A DNA stretch of 64,000 nt, taken from assembly GCA_028023455.1 (NCBI GenBank), contig JAQFVV010000002.1:27032001-27096000 (forward strand), given 5' to 3'. The notes under the pieces were generated by a model. It was not told the origin of the DNA, ran no database searches, and worked only from the letters and a program-made list of their open reading frames with translations. The position numbers and the translations under genes are program-made. The stretch comes from Epiperipatus broadwayi (lineage: Eukaryota > Animalia > Onychophora). Below, piece by piece: positions 22,793-36,050 of the stretch (its first letter is position 1; the number at the start of each line of letters is the position of its first letter).

Positions 22793-23436
22793 CTAATTAC
22801 AAATTATAATTGTTGAAGTATTGATGGGATAAACATATTGATGGGATAAACATCACATATGATTATGATCAATTGCTACAATATTCAAGTTTCAACATTA
22901 AATTGGTTGTTGTGAAATATAAAAACAGAAAAGCCTGACTATCATCTCTATGATAATATTTAGGTGTTTTGAATTTGACAAATGTGTGTTATAGTAATGG
23001 AGATTTATCTGAAAAGCTTTGAAAAAGTGTGTCACAAATGTGAATTTTGATTGGTTACATATATTTATTAGGTGTAATAGTCAATTTATTATACTGCATT
23101 TGCCTGAAGGTTTGTGATGATGGTATATTAGATGTGATAATATGTTAGTCTATTTCCATTATCTATCATTAAATATTGAATGTATAAAAAATTTTAAACT
23201 TTTATTTAAACTTTTCAAATACAAACAACATGTTACTTAGTAATAACAACCTGTGTTGTCTTTACATACACATTATATTGTTATTAATAAAGCAAGTCAT
23301 ATATAATGTGACATTGCTTTATAAGCTTGTATTTACAAAAATGAAATATAGAGAGCATACCAATAGCTCAAACAAGCTCTTAATTGATGAGTGCGGTAAG
23401 AGAAAATATTCAAAATCTCTATCCAAAATACTCTTA

Positions 23437-23482
23437 TCTCCAGACCGTTTGATTTCAAGCTTATGGCTCACCTCAGTGAGGA
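23437..23482 (-). ncRNA. Hammerhead variant (A9U)
   Basis: TCCTCA-CTGAGGT-G-AGC/cataa/GCT-T-GAAA-TC/aaac/GG-TC-TGGAGA. Confidence 0.55.
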
Positions 23483-24017
23483 GCTAGAATATTCAAACAC
23501 TAGATCCAAAATATCAACTCAAAACCCAGCACTTATTTAATACGTAATATTTAAGTAGAAACTCTAAAGTTTTCAGTCATGAAAATGTCGTTTACTCCAG
23601 CTATTGAACTTAAATAGCTATATGGGACTGAACCAAATTCATATCTACCATATATTAATAACCTCAGCATAGCCAAAGCCATAAAGGTATACAGAGAGCA
23701 TACCAATAGCTCAAAGAAGCTCTTAATTGATGAGTGCGATAAGAGAAAATATTCAAAATCTCTATCCGAAATACTCATCCCCATGACTTGCTTTATTGAT
23801 AATTATAATTTTACCTTTATGGATTTGGTTATGCTGAGGCTATTAATATATGGTAGATCTGAATTTGGTTCAGTCCCATATAGCTATTTAAGTTAGATAG
23901 CTGGAGTAAAAGACATTTTCATGTCCAAAAACTTCGGAGTTTCTACTTAAATATTACTATAAAATAAGTGCTGGGTTTTGAGTTGATATTTTAGATCTAG
24001 TGTCTGAATATTCTAGC

Positions 24018-24063
24018 TCCTCACTGAGGTGAGCCATAAGCTTGGAACCAATTGGTCTGGGGA
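24018..24063 (+). ncRNA. Hammerhead variant (A9U, A13G)
   Basis: TCCTCA-CTGAGGT-G-AGC/cataa/GCT-T-GGAA-CCAATTGG-TC-TGGGGA; palindromic stem III ACCAATTGGT. Confidence 0.5.
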
Positions 24064-24317
24064 TAAAAGTATTTCGGATAGAGATTTTGAATATTTTTTC
24101 TTACCACACTTATCAATTAAGAACTTGTTTGAGCTATTGGTATCTCTCTGTATTGCATTATATTGTATATTCCAATAAAATATCAAATGATTCCAGCATA
24201 TATATTGTTGTTTAGTAGCATTTTTTTTTTTTACAATACAGCTATATCACCCATTATAAACTTTGACAATTAATAGTTGTCAAATGATAGTGCTTAATAA
24301 ATTCCTATCCTGACCAT

Positions 24318-24806
24318 CTTATCCAATATTTATAGAGTAATTTCAATCTTATGATTTTCACCAATGAGGAGCTTTGGATTTTGGAATAATATATGTGAAC
24401 CTCTACGATCTAATGCATTTTTTTCTAGAAGCCATCATTTATCTTTCTTTTCATTTATCAATAGTGAAAAACATATAAAGGTTCTTCAATCTTGGCCAAC
24501 TTGCTTGTATTTCATATTAATCTGAAACCAGTTCAGTAGCTATGGCTATAGTTGTTAAAAAAACTAAGGATATTGTAATATATAGAAATTGAACTGGTTC
24601 TATACAAATATACAACCACGTTGGCTAAGATAGAAAGCATTATATCTTGTTTAATTTGGGATTTATAGTTTGATAGTATAACAGAAAAATAAATAATGGT
24701 TGCTAGAAGATAAGTGCATTAGATCTTAAAGGGTCCAGATGCACCATTTTAGGATCCAAAGTTCCTTTCTGATAAGCTTGAAATTAGTCTGGTGATATTG
24801 GATATA
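24318..24806. mobile_element. Old, diverged family-A-like fold-back (A6) with HHR remnants
   Basis: gcattagatctt, ggatccaaagttcc and ctgataagcttgaaattagtctggtgatattggat in the plus arm, mirrored in the minus arm. Confidence 0.6.
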
Positions 24807-25539
24807 ATATCACAAGCAGAGATTTATAAAGTACTGCTGTCTAGTATTGGTAAAGTTCACAGTATATAGCATAGAAGTAGTGATAGAAAATGAATATTGT
24901 ATATTGAGAATCCCCCCCCTCCCAATATTTAGAGGATATGAAAAATAAATATGGGTTTACTATATAGTAGATCCAGCATTGACAGGTTACATTATTCAAA
25001 AATTAAATTGATAGTGTGACAAGGAAACAAATTTTATATTACAAATATATGGATCACTTAATTATAAGCTATGTCATTTAGCGTTGTAAAAAAAATAATT
25101 CATTTGTTTGTTTATAATTATACAACAGATATATAACTATGTATGCATTATGACTAATTAAATTTATAAAATATGATAAATTTTTTCAGTTTTCTTATCA
25201 AAAGAGGTAAAAATTATCTTTAACAATAGTGTTGATGATTGAAAATAAAAAGTTTAAGTGAGAGAACTTCAGATGCAAGACAAACTTTGCTGCTTTTTCA
25301 TCATTTAGAATAATATACATAGAAGCAAATTTACTTATTGCCACACCACATTATTACTCTTACTATAATATTCATCTATATACCACCTGGCTCCACATTA
25401 TTATTCATAGTATAATATTCATCTATATACTACTTGGTCCTACAGTAATCACAAACATAATAATATTAAATCACTGCTCTCATCATTTCCCTATCCAGTC
25501 TTCTTACTATGAGAATTTTAACATGAACTATCAAGTCTT

Positions 25540-26300
25540 TGTCACAAAATGGTTACATTAAATTGTATTACCTCTTAAGAGTGCTGACAAATTTCTTCCA
25601 CACAATTCAATTTCATTCTACAACAACTGTCATGCCTCCCTCATAGATTTATGCTTCTACTCTTCTATGCTTCATTATCATCTCAACCTAACCTTTCATC
25701 TTTCACCATTCTCTGATCACTCTCCTCAAATGCTTGTACTTAATCTCAATGGTATGAACTAATACCACCTATGCAATTCACCAAAAAAAGTTTTTCTGCA
25801 GGCCCAGCTGCACTTCTATTTAAAACAATATTGAATTCCTTTAGAGATAAAAAAAAAAAAATGCTCAAATGGCTGTCCAAAGTGACAAGGAAGCTACATT
25901 TGATTCAGTCTTTGCTGATATCTTAATCCAAATACTTCCTAATGCAGCAAGACTCCGAACCACCTTATATCTATTAACCAACCTACTACTAAGCCAGGAA
26001 ATTCACATTACTCTCAGTGGAAGATCATCATCTTCATTTGTTCCCAGTCAATCAGCATCACAAGGTTCATCATTTAGTGCCTTATTATTTGTGATGTATA
26101 TCAATCCCCTCATAAATAAAATACAGCTAAAAATTCCAAGCATACAAATTCCACATACTCAATTATCTATATTATGCTTAGCTTATATGGATGACATAAC
26201 CATCTTTCTTGCCTCTAAAAAACTTCTGCCTATCTTACAAAAAATCCTTAATGATTATACTACTGACTTTAAGCTCAAATTTAATGTTAATAAAATTTAA
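25540..26300 (+). mobile_element. Internally deleted LINE (endonuclease end fused to RT)
   Basis: IDLCFY and FSDHSP (endonuclease), then TFDSV, SQGSSFSALLF, YMDDITIF and LKFNVNK. Confidence 0.75.
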
Positions 26301-26337
26301 ACAAGACATTTATTTTTTTATATAGCGTGATGTTTTA

Positions 26338-26608
26338 TTTTTATAATCTATAATATTAATAAGCCAATAAGCTGATACACATGCGCTTTGCAGATGTCAC
26401 TTATATAAATGAATACTCCCACTTTTTCAAACACTTCAGATTTGCCCATACATATATGGTTGGGTCGAAAATATAGGTGGATTCATTCTATATTTTCTTA
26501 AAGACTTTATCTTGGGTTTAAAAAAGTGGGAGTATTCATTTATATAGTGACATCTGCAAAGCACATGTATATCAGCTTATTGGCCTATTAATATTATAGT
26601 TAATAAAA
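26338..26608. repeat. Inverted repeat (about 95 bp arms, about 85 bp spacer)
   Basis: taagccaataagctgatacacatgcgctttgcagatgtcac...ctcccacttttt and its reverse complement. Confidence 0.85.
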
Positions 26609-27804
26609 TTTCTGATTGGTTTCTCTATACAGTAAAACAACAGACAAATTTACCAAGGAAAACTCTATTGTTTTTCTTTCCCGTACTTTTAAAAAACACT
26701 GCATTGAAATGTCTGTTTGGGGGAGAGGATTGAATAAGCTGTTTTTCAAAATGCATGACATTGAGATGGAATTAAGATAAAGATCAGATAGAGGTGGTTA
26801 AGTTATTTTACAAAAAACATTCGATAACATATAAAAAGGATTGTGGTAATAAATTTATATAAGAATACATTTTACTGACAGAAAGAGAGAGTGTGGATTA
26901 AAAAAATTTACTGTGAAGACCAATCTATATACAAAAGATGGCCGAATATTATAAAGATTCCCTTACTATTTAAATACGCATTGACTTCACATATATATGA
27001 TTTAAATTTTACCAGAATAGTCTGCTAAAAGCTAATCTGATTCATCTCTTAGCAACATAGCTTCTTCATGAAGGAAGAAGTAACAACATTCAGCATTCAA
27101 GTGAAAAATGCCCTAGCATAAAGAGGAAAGCATGATCATTCTACGCCAACTCTATCTTATGTGTTTATCTTTGTACGTCTCCCTCAAGAAAAAAGAAAAA
27201 ATCTATTGATGCTTAACAATTACACAAACAAAAGTATGACAAATTCCTAAACCAATCACATGACTGGCTGGTGTAAAAATCCTGCAACCTATTTATACAA
27301 ATAGAGAAAATGTTAACTGTTTTGCAACTGTGTATATTCTACAACTGTTATAAAAATCTAGTAGATTAAATTGCCCAGCTTCAATATAGTCAAAAAATGT
27401 ATAGAAATAATCAAAGGATCAAAACTCATACAACTTCGTTGACAAAATGGGAAATAAAAAAATCTTGAGATTGTTACAGTTGGAATGAGCGTTTTATTTT
27501 TGATGTAACCACTTTTTGCCAGCAAAAAATGAACAAAACTAAAGAAAAATTTATTATTTTCATTATTATATATATATATTTTACTTTGGTTAAGCATTAA
27601 TATGTATCAATTTTTTTTTTATTTATACTAATCTACCTACTCTAAAATATTATATCTGTTTGTTTAGAGTAAGATGTATATATTGTTATCTACTACTATT
27701 CAAATATATAATTAAAATCTTGATCAGGCATCTAGGGTAATAAAAATAACTTTTTTCTATATTTTATCTAAATTAATAAAAAAGATAATGTAATTTATCA
27801 ATAC

Positions 27805-27841
27805 CTAGTAACGCTGTTTTGTCAAGGATTGTAACATCCAT
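27805..27841 (-). CDS. Candidate start exon (MDVTILDKTALL)
   Basis: AAACAATGG start context, CTAG|gtattg donor, ends in phase 1; short, so could be chance. Confidence 0.25.
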
Positions 27842-28826
27842 TGTTTGAGAGGATGTAAGTACATGTTATTATTACATGGAACAAAATTGTTATATATTTT
27901 TTGCTTTATTCATTTTTCATTTATGCATTTTCACAAAAGTTAGGTGAATACTACAAATCAGTTTCATGACTTCTCAAGCGATGGTTCAGTACTAATGAGA
28001 TGTCCACTAAAGGGGTATAAGTTCAAACCTGGGTTGCTAGTGGCGCCATTATGGATCTTCAATAATGTAACTGGACCACACTAATAAATATTCTACACAC
28101 CTTAGGCATCATAATTTATATCCATATGATGAGCAAGAAATATTACTGTTGTGAAATTAACATTATCAGCAGTACTCTTCAGTTATGTTTATTATAAATT
28201 ATGATTAGGTCAGTAGGCTATCATCTTATACACTTGGAGTTTAGTTACACTTGTTGCTGTCACATGGCCCAATGGACTTTCAAAGCATCCAGTTCAATAT
28301 ATATATACACACATAATATATCCACCAACAATAATTATCTTTAAAAATATGTCTATGCTTCACAATTCTTTCTTCTGATAAAATTCTAATATATTTAAAA
28401 CTTTGCATTATTTTATGTCATCAATACATCTTAAATTACAATTTTTTTCTAGGTTTCTTTTTGTTTTTATAATTCAATTTAAAATTGTCATTATTCAATC
28501 ATTTCTAATTTTTTTCATGTATCATGCATGAAGCTAATTAACACTTTCAATTTACAATGCCTAAACATGCTTTTTTTTAACGTAGTTTGTAGTTTTTAGA
28601 TTGCTTTACCTACATTAATATTAATCTCAATACTACTTTTTTTTGTAAATTGAATTAGATCCAATTTTCATTGTGATTTATTTTAGAGATCTTACTATTT
28701 TCAAATGTCTTTTTAAAAATATTTGCCATTTTTTTATTGCTAATGTCACTGTATATTCAATCTTATGAGGAATGTTTTGTTACCTGTTTCATATTCATCA
28801 AAAGATGTATTCATAATGGTATAAAA

Positions 28827-29398
28827 CAGAGGTTGACAAACTTCTTCAATAACAAAATTTCTTTGTGGGCCAATTTAATCACTAGATACTATAATTTAAT
28901 TACTTGACTAAGGCAAAGTTTATAATATTGTATGAAAACTTCCACTTTTTTTTTAATACTTCTATGAAATTATGAGATAGTCAAAATCTTGAGGCTTAAT
29001 TTTAATATTTTTTGCTGTCTATACACGCAATTTTTAATATTATTCATAAAAAATCATTTTCTCTTCATTGTCTTTTATAAAATGTTCCATTCATACAGCT
29101 TTAACCTATTTTTAATTAAAAACAATATTAAGGTTATTCATCTTTTCAGGAAAAATAAGATGATTTATATGTTTTTCTAAACAAAAATAAAAAATTTATC
29201 CTGGTTTGTGCTGGAATCTAGAGTTTTTTTCAGTTTCATTTTCTGATTGCCTATATTCTATAATTGAAAAATAACATTGTACTTCATTAGTTATTATAGC
29301 AAGATAATTTCATTCTAAGAAGTGCGGCATGCCACAAACTGAATAAAATCATTTTGCATGCCAGATGTGGTCTGTGTGCCAAATTTTGCTAACTCCTG
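28827..29398. mobile_element. hAT-type MITE, 572 bp
   Basis: Ends cagaggttgacaaac / tttgctaactcctg; 8 bp TSD gtataaaa / gtatagaa. Confidence 0.7.
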
Positions 29399-31617
29399 GT
29401 ATAGAATACACTAGTTTTTGTTCAATCTGATACGCATTTTGTCTAATAGTAGTTGTTATCCTATTGAGCTTGATGGTATCAGGCCATTATGAATAGTGAT
29501 AGTACTAAATATTATAATTTTCATTATTTTCATTATCTACTATTTTCAGAATTAGCTATTTAAAAAAACCATCCATCTATTGCACACAACTTACAAAAAA
29601 AATAATAATAATAATACACTTATAATTCAAAGAATATACATGCTAATAATTAGCCAACTTAAAAAAGAAGAAAAGATATTTATTACCATTCTGTTTGATG
29701 GACTAAAATGAAGAGATTGCTAGTAAAAGGAAAAAAAAAATTGGAAATATGATGTAAGTTGAGATAAACTTTACAAGAATGTTGAGAAAAATTAAGACAA
29801 GTACAATTAAGGAATCAAGTTCAAAAGACCTATGAATGTGATGAGATGAAATATTAATGTGTTGAAATGCTCTATTTTGGATAACATCTAGCAGTCAAAG
29901 AGTAAACTGAAGTGTTCCAACCCTGATGTGAAAACAGTATTCAATGGCAGCAAATCAAAACTTTATATAAGATAAAAATCTTTGAAAAATATAAAATAAT
30001 TTTTATTCATAGAAAAAAGACCAAGTTTTGACAGAATTTTGGTAATACAGAATATATGTCATCAAGACATTTTTTTTTTTTTTGTTAGAGAGAGAAGACA
30101 TTATTAATTTTGGTTAAAAATAAATATGACTAATTTTGCAATGAATAATTGCTTAAAGATCACAATTTAATAAAAAGACAGATTATTTAGCAGAACATGA
30201 TAGAATAAGATAAATACTTTAAAATAACTATAAATGAAGAATGCCATCATAAAAACCATTACTGGGATTGGATATATAAGAATGATAATTAAATAAATAA
30301 ATAAAAAAGAGAGAAAGAACAGAGCTTTAAATTATTCACTATTAGTAACTTGATTATTGGGTTCTCATAGATATATTAACAGTGATTCTCCCTCAAATGT
30401 ATCTATAAGGAGCTTCTCTTTCTTTTCCTTTTGTTTAATCTCTGTGAGAAATTTAAACAAAAGTTTTTCCTTTACCAAATTCTATCCTTAAAATCCTTTC
30501 ATCCTATATTTTAAATACATTTAATTTTCTTTCAAATATTTCTCACATAACCCAATCATAAATGTTTAGGAAAATAATATTAATAAAATAAAATTGTTTT
30601 CTATGGTGACATGAATATAATCATATATGGCTCTATACAAAATACACAAAAATATTAAATAATATTTTTTAACATAATAATATTTTACAACATACTTGTT
30701 TTCCAAATACAAATTAAGACAGCCTTTTATGATGGAATTCTTATCCATAAGTTTTACTAAGTTGAATTTCTCACAAATTTCCCACAATTTATGCAGGCAA
30801 AGTTGAGCAAAAAGCCTAGTTGTGAAGTGTTGAACCATGCACCAAGGCAACACTTTTAAAAAGGCGTCATTCAAAAATTCTTCCTAAACAATGATAAAAA
30901 TAAAATGATTTTAAAACAAAAATCATTAGAACCATTTAAAAATATACAGCAGCAATATGCAAATTAATTTATAAATGATTCATACTAGAGATATTCCTTC
31001 AATTTAAATAATCCTTGTCTCAATAACAACAAAACAAAAATTCTTAAACTATTAAAATCTAATATAAATGTATGTGTGGGTGCATGTAAATCAATTAGTA
31101 AATGGGATTTCTGATATATAATTGAAGTTAAATTCACAGCCAAGATGCAGTGATGTGCAGCAACCAATAAGACCAGTTCTATAGGCTGAATGAAAACAAT
31201 ATCCAACCTGTCCAAGCTCCTACTAATCAAAAGGAGGCCTCTTGTGAACAATCACTCACATTGTGTAACTGGACATACATCATGAATAACTAATCAAAAA
31301 AGCTTCCTTTTGATTAGTAATAGTTTGGATAGGTTTCTATTGTTTTCATTCAGCTTGTGGAAGTGACCTGATTGGTGGCTGCACATCAATACACCTTTGA
31401 CTGTGGATTTAACTTCATATATAATGGTGATCCCATTTACTGATTAATTTACATCTATATTAACCATTACAAATATTACTTTTAAATGCATAACATATAT
31501 ATTATCAACTAGCAATTAATAAATATAAAAATATACTAAAATAAATTAATTATATATATATTTTTATATGTAGAACTCACGAATAAGCTCTTAATGAGCT
31601 TTTCAGAATATCCCCAA

Positions 31618-31653
31618 CCCCAGACTGATTTCTGCTACTGGCTTCCTCAGTGA
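31618..31653 (-). ncRNA. Hammerhead motif
   Basis: TCA-CTGAGGA-A-GC/cagta/GC-A-GAAA-TCAGT-C-TGGGG. Confidence 0.6.
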
Positions 31654-31663
31654 TATCCTAGCA

Positions 31664-31701
31664 CCTCACTGAGAAAGCCAGTAACAGAAAACGGTCTGGG
31701 G
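31664..31701 (+). ncRNA. Hammerhead relic (G8A)
   Basis: CCTCA-CTGAGAA-A-GC/cagta/AC-A-GAAA-ACGGT-C-TGGGG. Confidence 0.5.
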
Positions 31702-32930
31702 TTGGGGATATTCTGCAAAGCTTGTTAAGAGCTTATTTGCGAGCTCTATATATAACATTTGTAAAACAAGCTAGTTAAATTAAGTCATGTGACATATGGT
31801 TTGATTTCTTTGTAATTTTATATATATATAAAATTGAAGACAATCTATTAATAGTTTATTTGAAAAAAAAAAACATAACACGATTTAAAGTGCAGTCTAC
31901 TGTAATAATATAGAAGTATAATTTAAAAGGATATTTCTGAATTCAAAGTAAATATAGATTTATTAAAGTTTAATGTGATAAGGATGAACAAAGACTTAAT
32001 TTTTGTTATTGTTGAGCCAAGAACAGAATTAGTATCAAAGACGACTTGATATTAAGATATTAAATTTTTATATAAATATGTATAGTGTGGTGTATTATTT
32101 GCCTATAAAATGACTGTTTTAATAAATTAAAAAAAAGCTATTACCTCATTATTTAGAGATAAGTTTATGCTTTTATTCTGCAAACTTGTGACTAAATAGA
32201 TTCAAACATGTACATTTGAGGACATTCTTCAATTATTCTAATTTCTTGTGTTTATTCAATTTTTTTAGAGTTGGAAAGCAATAATACAATAAATTATTTA
32301 GTATTTCCACTTGTCATTATATTATATATACATACTGAACGTATAACAAAAATTCCTATGTATTTACTTAAATACATTTTAATTAAGATATAAATGCAAT
32401 CAGCTGATTAAAACTATCAATTAGAAACTAAAATTGTGCCATTTAGTAATAATATTTTTATTGGCTTACTTTTTGTAAAATTGGAAAATCCCATTATACT
32501 TTCAATATTTTATTCTATGAACTCCATAAAAATCTTCCAATTGATATCTAATTATATATATTCATTTCACTAAACATATATTTAATTAATTATTAACTCA
32601 TCCTACACTTTTGCTATTTTTTCTCTCCATTTTCTTACAATCTATAATCTTTCAATTGAATTATATTATTTTCAACTTCATTTTAAAATCTTTTTGTTTC
32701 CAAAACCCAACTTCTCTAATAGTTATTTAAATTATATAAATCACTATTTTAAAGCAATTGGTGCATATGTTGAGTGATACATTTATCATAGAGTTTATAA
32801 TTTAGAATACCATTTCTGTTCTGCTACAGTTAAGGTTCCTTCCTTCCATGCTTCTGTTTTTATCTACTTTCTAATATTGATCTTAACTAATCTTTCTTAT
32901 TGCATTTACAATGCTTTAATTACAACCCTC

Positions 32931-32969
32931 TTTGACAGTTTCGATTTCCCCAGCAATCTTCTTCAGAAA
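32931..32969 (-). ncRNA. Hammerhead motif, core intact, minimal stems I and III
   Basis: TTT-CTGAAGA-A-GATT/gctgggga/AATC-GAAA-CTGT-C-AAA. Confidence 0.6.
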
Positions 32970-32978
32970 TTTTATTTA

Positions 32979-33017
32979 TATCTGAAGAAAATTGCTGGGG
33001 AAATCAAAACTGTCAAA
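32979..33017 (+). ncRNA. Hammerhead relic (G12A)
   Basis: CTGAAGA-A-AATT/gctgggga/AATC-AAAA-CTGT-C-AAA. Confidence 0.45.
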
Positions 33018-34859
33018 GAGGGTCGTAATTAAAGTATTGTGAAGCAGTATTAAAGTGAATAGATGATCTAATAATCACATTTATTTAACTTTTTTTTAAT
33101 TTTCATTATTCTAACCATTTTTTTTATGAAAATCACCTTTCTTCTAATGTTATATTTTTGGAAAGTGACTTATAAATTCCAGTTATGCTAATAATTCTGG
33201 AATGAGAGTAGGCTGTTACTATATCATGTCTAATTTATTTCTTCACATATTCATATTACTGGCATCATTTTTTATTCTGTATATCTTTTTTTTTTTTTTT
33301 AACCTAACATAAATTATGAAAATGCTTTTATATCATTTCCCTGATAAAATCAAATCAATGTCTCATGATGGTTTTTGTTTTTTAACAAAATTTCCTATAA
33401 ATTCTGATTTTAAATGTGATTGGTCTTTTCTGAATGTGCAGTTTCTATTACTGATATTATACTGATTTATATAAAGCCATTCTTTCTAGCATATTTATCT
33501 AAGTAAACTCAGATCTAAATTTAAAAAATGTAATAAATATAATTCCAATGCACTTCATCTTAATTATATATCTTCCAACAAATAAAAAAGAATAACTAAA
33601 TCTTTAACTCCTGTTAAAAGTCAAAAACAAATACATATTTATTATTAATTAGACTAAGAAAGTATTTGATGAAAGCATCGCTAATAATTTTGTTGTCCTC
33701 CTCTAATAGCAGACATTCTTTTTGGTGTCTAGCTTTCAAAACAATCAATTGAAATTTAGAATCATTTTTATCTTTTTACAAGACTTTTTTTCTTTTTCTA
33801 AAAAAGAAAAAAAAATTTCTTCATTGAATTCTATCTTGGATTCCGATGGCTACTCTTCCATTTTTTCTTTTTTAATGGAACCGATTTATTTTTCAATTAT
33901 TCTTTTATTAAATTTATTCTTTTAAATCATGATACTATGAATGTACTCTAAAAATTAAGAAAATGTTTGGAAAACAGTGCCAAAATTACTATTCTGTTCA
34001 GATCTTTTAATTTTTAGATTAAATTATAACCTTTCACCATTCTTAAGAAAAGACAATAAATTAGCTTCTTTTTTTAATTATTAATCTTTTGCTCTTGTAT
34101 TCATACTATTTACAACTATGTTAAAGAACAGACTTTTAAATTATAGACAATATAGTTTTAGTACCATGAACTGTTTAGCTCTGGCATTTATCGAGTTCAT
34201 CCAAGATATTTTACTGACTTTGTCATAAAACATTTGCAAGATTTCTTTACAAATAGTCTTTTACTTGAATTCTATAAATAGATATCTAGTTTCTATCTTC
34301 TATAAATTTGAATTTTCTTTATATATATATATATATTTGTGCATCTAATCCAGTTTCTAGTTTTGTTGAAAATGATTGTATTAAATCTTTGTTAATAAAT
34401 GTATTGTAAATAAAAATTGCATGTAAAACAAGTGTTTATTAGCAGATTTTTTTAAATCATATATCAAAGTTTAAGTAGAAAAAAGGATAACTGTAACTAC
34501 AATTAAAAGATTAATAAAAGATTGAAAAATACCTTAAAAGATACAGGTATTATGTGACCAACATGAATTATAATTGCAAATAATGAATTTAAACTTCCAA
34601 TTCTTTTTTCACCAGCCTAAAAATAAATAAATTATATATATATATAGTAAAATAAATTTAAATTCTGTGTTATGTATATATGTAATATAGATTGAGAATA
34701 TTAGTAAACTATGGAGATAAATAATTATAACTGTTGGAATAAACAGACTTCTTTTACTAAACAAATTACCATTTCTCCCTTATATAAGTCTTTCAATCAG
34801 TAGAAGTACTTTATTAATTCCTTAATCCTCTTCAACTGTTGTTAAATTCAAAAAAACAT

Positions 34860-36050
34860 AACAGAAGCAAGCATAATCAACTCAAATCTCATGAATCCCA
34901 AATTTTAATGTTAGCAGCTTGTCTATTAATTATATTCATTTTATTTCTATTTATTAAAATTGCTTCCTTAATTTTTCTTTTATTATGATTTCTCTCTCCA
35001 TAAAGAATCTTAACACTTTCAATATCAAACTTCTGCAGATTGAAAGACTGTATATAATAATTAATTACCATTATATTTATTACTTTTATTATTACAATAA
35101 CTTTTTTAATTAACTGACTTTTTATTTGTATATATATAATTTATAGTTGTATCTTAAGAATAGATTCTTAATTACATTTTAATATTTTTATAATAAATCA
35201 TAGGAAAACAACAATACTATGATTGTAATATATATATAATTAATACATTACACACTGTGAATCTTAGGGTCATAGTTTTAATTCAGAGTTTGGTTATTAT
35301 AGTGTGTGTAGGTATATATATATATATTAGTTAAATAACAATTTATTGAAGGATTCTTAAATGCTCTTATTCATAATAATAACACAGTACAGGTATGGCT
35401 ACTTAAATTTCTAAAATGTAGAGGCTTAGTTAAAAATACAATAGTCCAATAGTTTGGCATATAGTCAGATCTATTGTGAATAAGAGTTTTCTCAGTACAA
35501 GATATTCTAAAAAATATTCAGTTCTCTTCCTAGCTCTGTAATGGGAAATATCTTTTATATAGACATTAAATTATTAAATGTTTCTGTGATTTATCATTTA
35601 ATATATGCCAATCATTATCTGTAAGCTGTGTACAAATATTTTGAAAAAATTGATTGCTAGTGTTTGAAAGATCTTTCCTGATTCTATTTACCTTTATTCA
35701 TACTAAGAAAATAATTAGTCCCCTATCTGGTATATCTTGAATAACAAAAATAGCAAATCATCTGCATACTTTTACTAAGCAAGCTCTCGACATGTTATCG
35801 TGTTCATAGTATTTGTTATATGTCAGATTTGATACTGCTTAACCATTCACATACATTATTGTTTCTGCTTTGATGAATTATGGGACAAAAAATTTCGCAT
35901 ATGAATGCTTTAACCATTCTAACAATTCATCCATATATACTAAAAAAGAAATGGCCATTTCATAGAACAAATTTATAGCAAGCATAGATGTGCTGTCTAT
36001 CCCAGAGCAACCTACTTTCAAAAGTAGTTCTCTCAGATTTATTCGTATAA
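34860..36050 (-). mobile_element. Decayed Penelope-like element (RT remnant plus GIY-YIG C-terminus)
   Basis: VALG / LAINLFYE and KYADDL remnants; FDIESVKILYGERNHNKRKIKEAILIN at about 34940-35030. Confidence 0.6.

Larger units (their letters stand above)
23282..24155. mobile_element. Family B HHR element, about 342 bp monomer, head-to-head fold-back
   Basis: gagagcataccaatagctc repeats at 23351 and 23693; about 23337-23690 is the inverse of about 23813-24163; TSD cattatattgt at 23271-23281 / 24156-24166. Confidence 0.85.
31571..31748. mobile_element. Family C palindrome: two HHRs head-to-head around a 12 nt loop
   Basis: Arms 31571-31653 / 31666-31748; the right flank resembles the family B flank at about 23285-23350. 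Confidence 0.8.
32905..33048. mobile_element. Family D palindrome: two HHRs head-to-head around a 13 nt loop
   Basis: Arms about 32908-32967 / 32981-33040. Confidence 0.8.
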
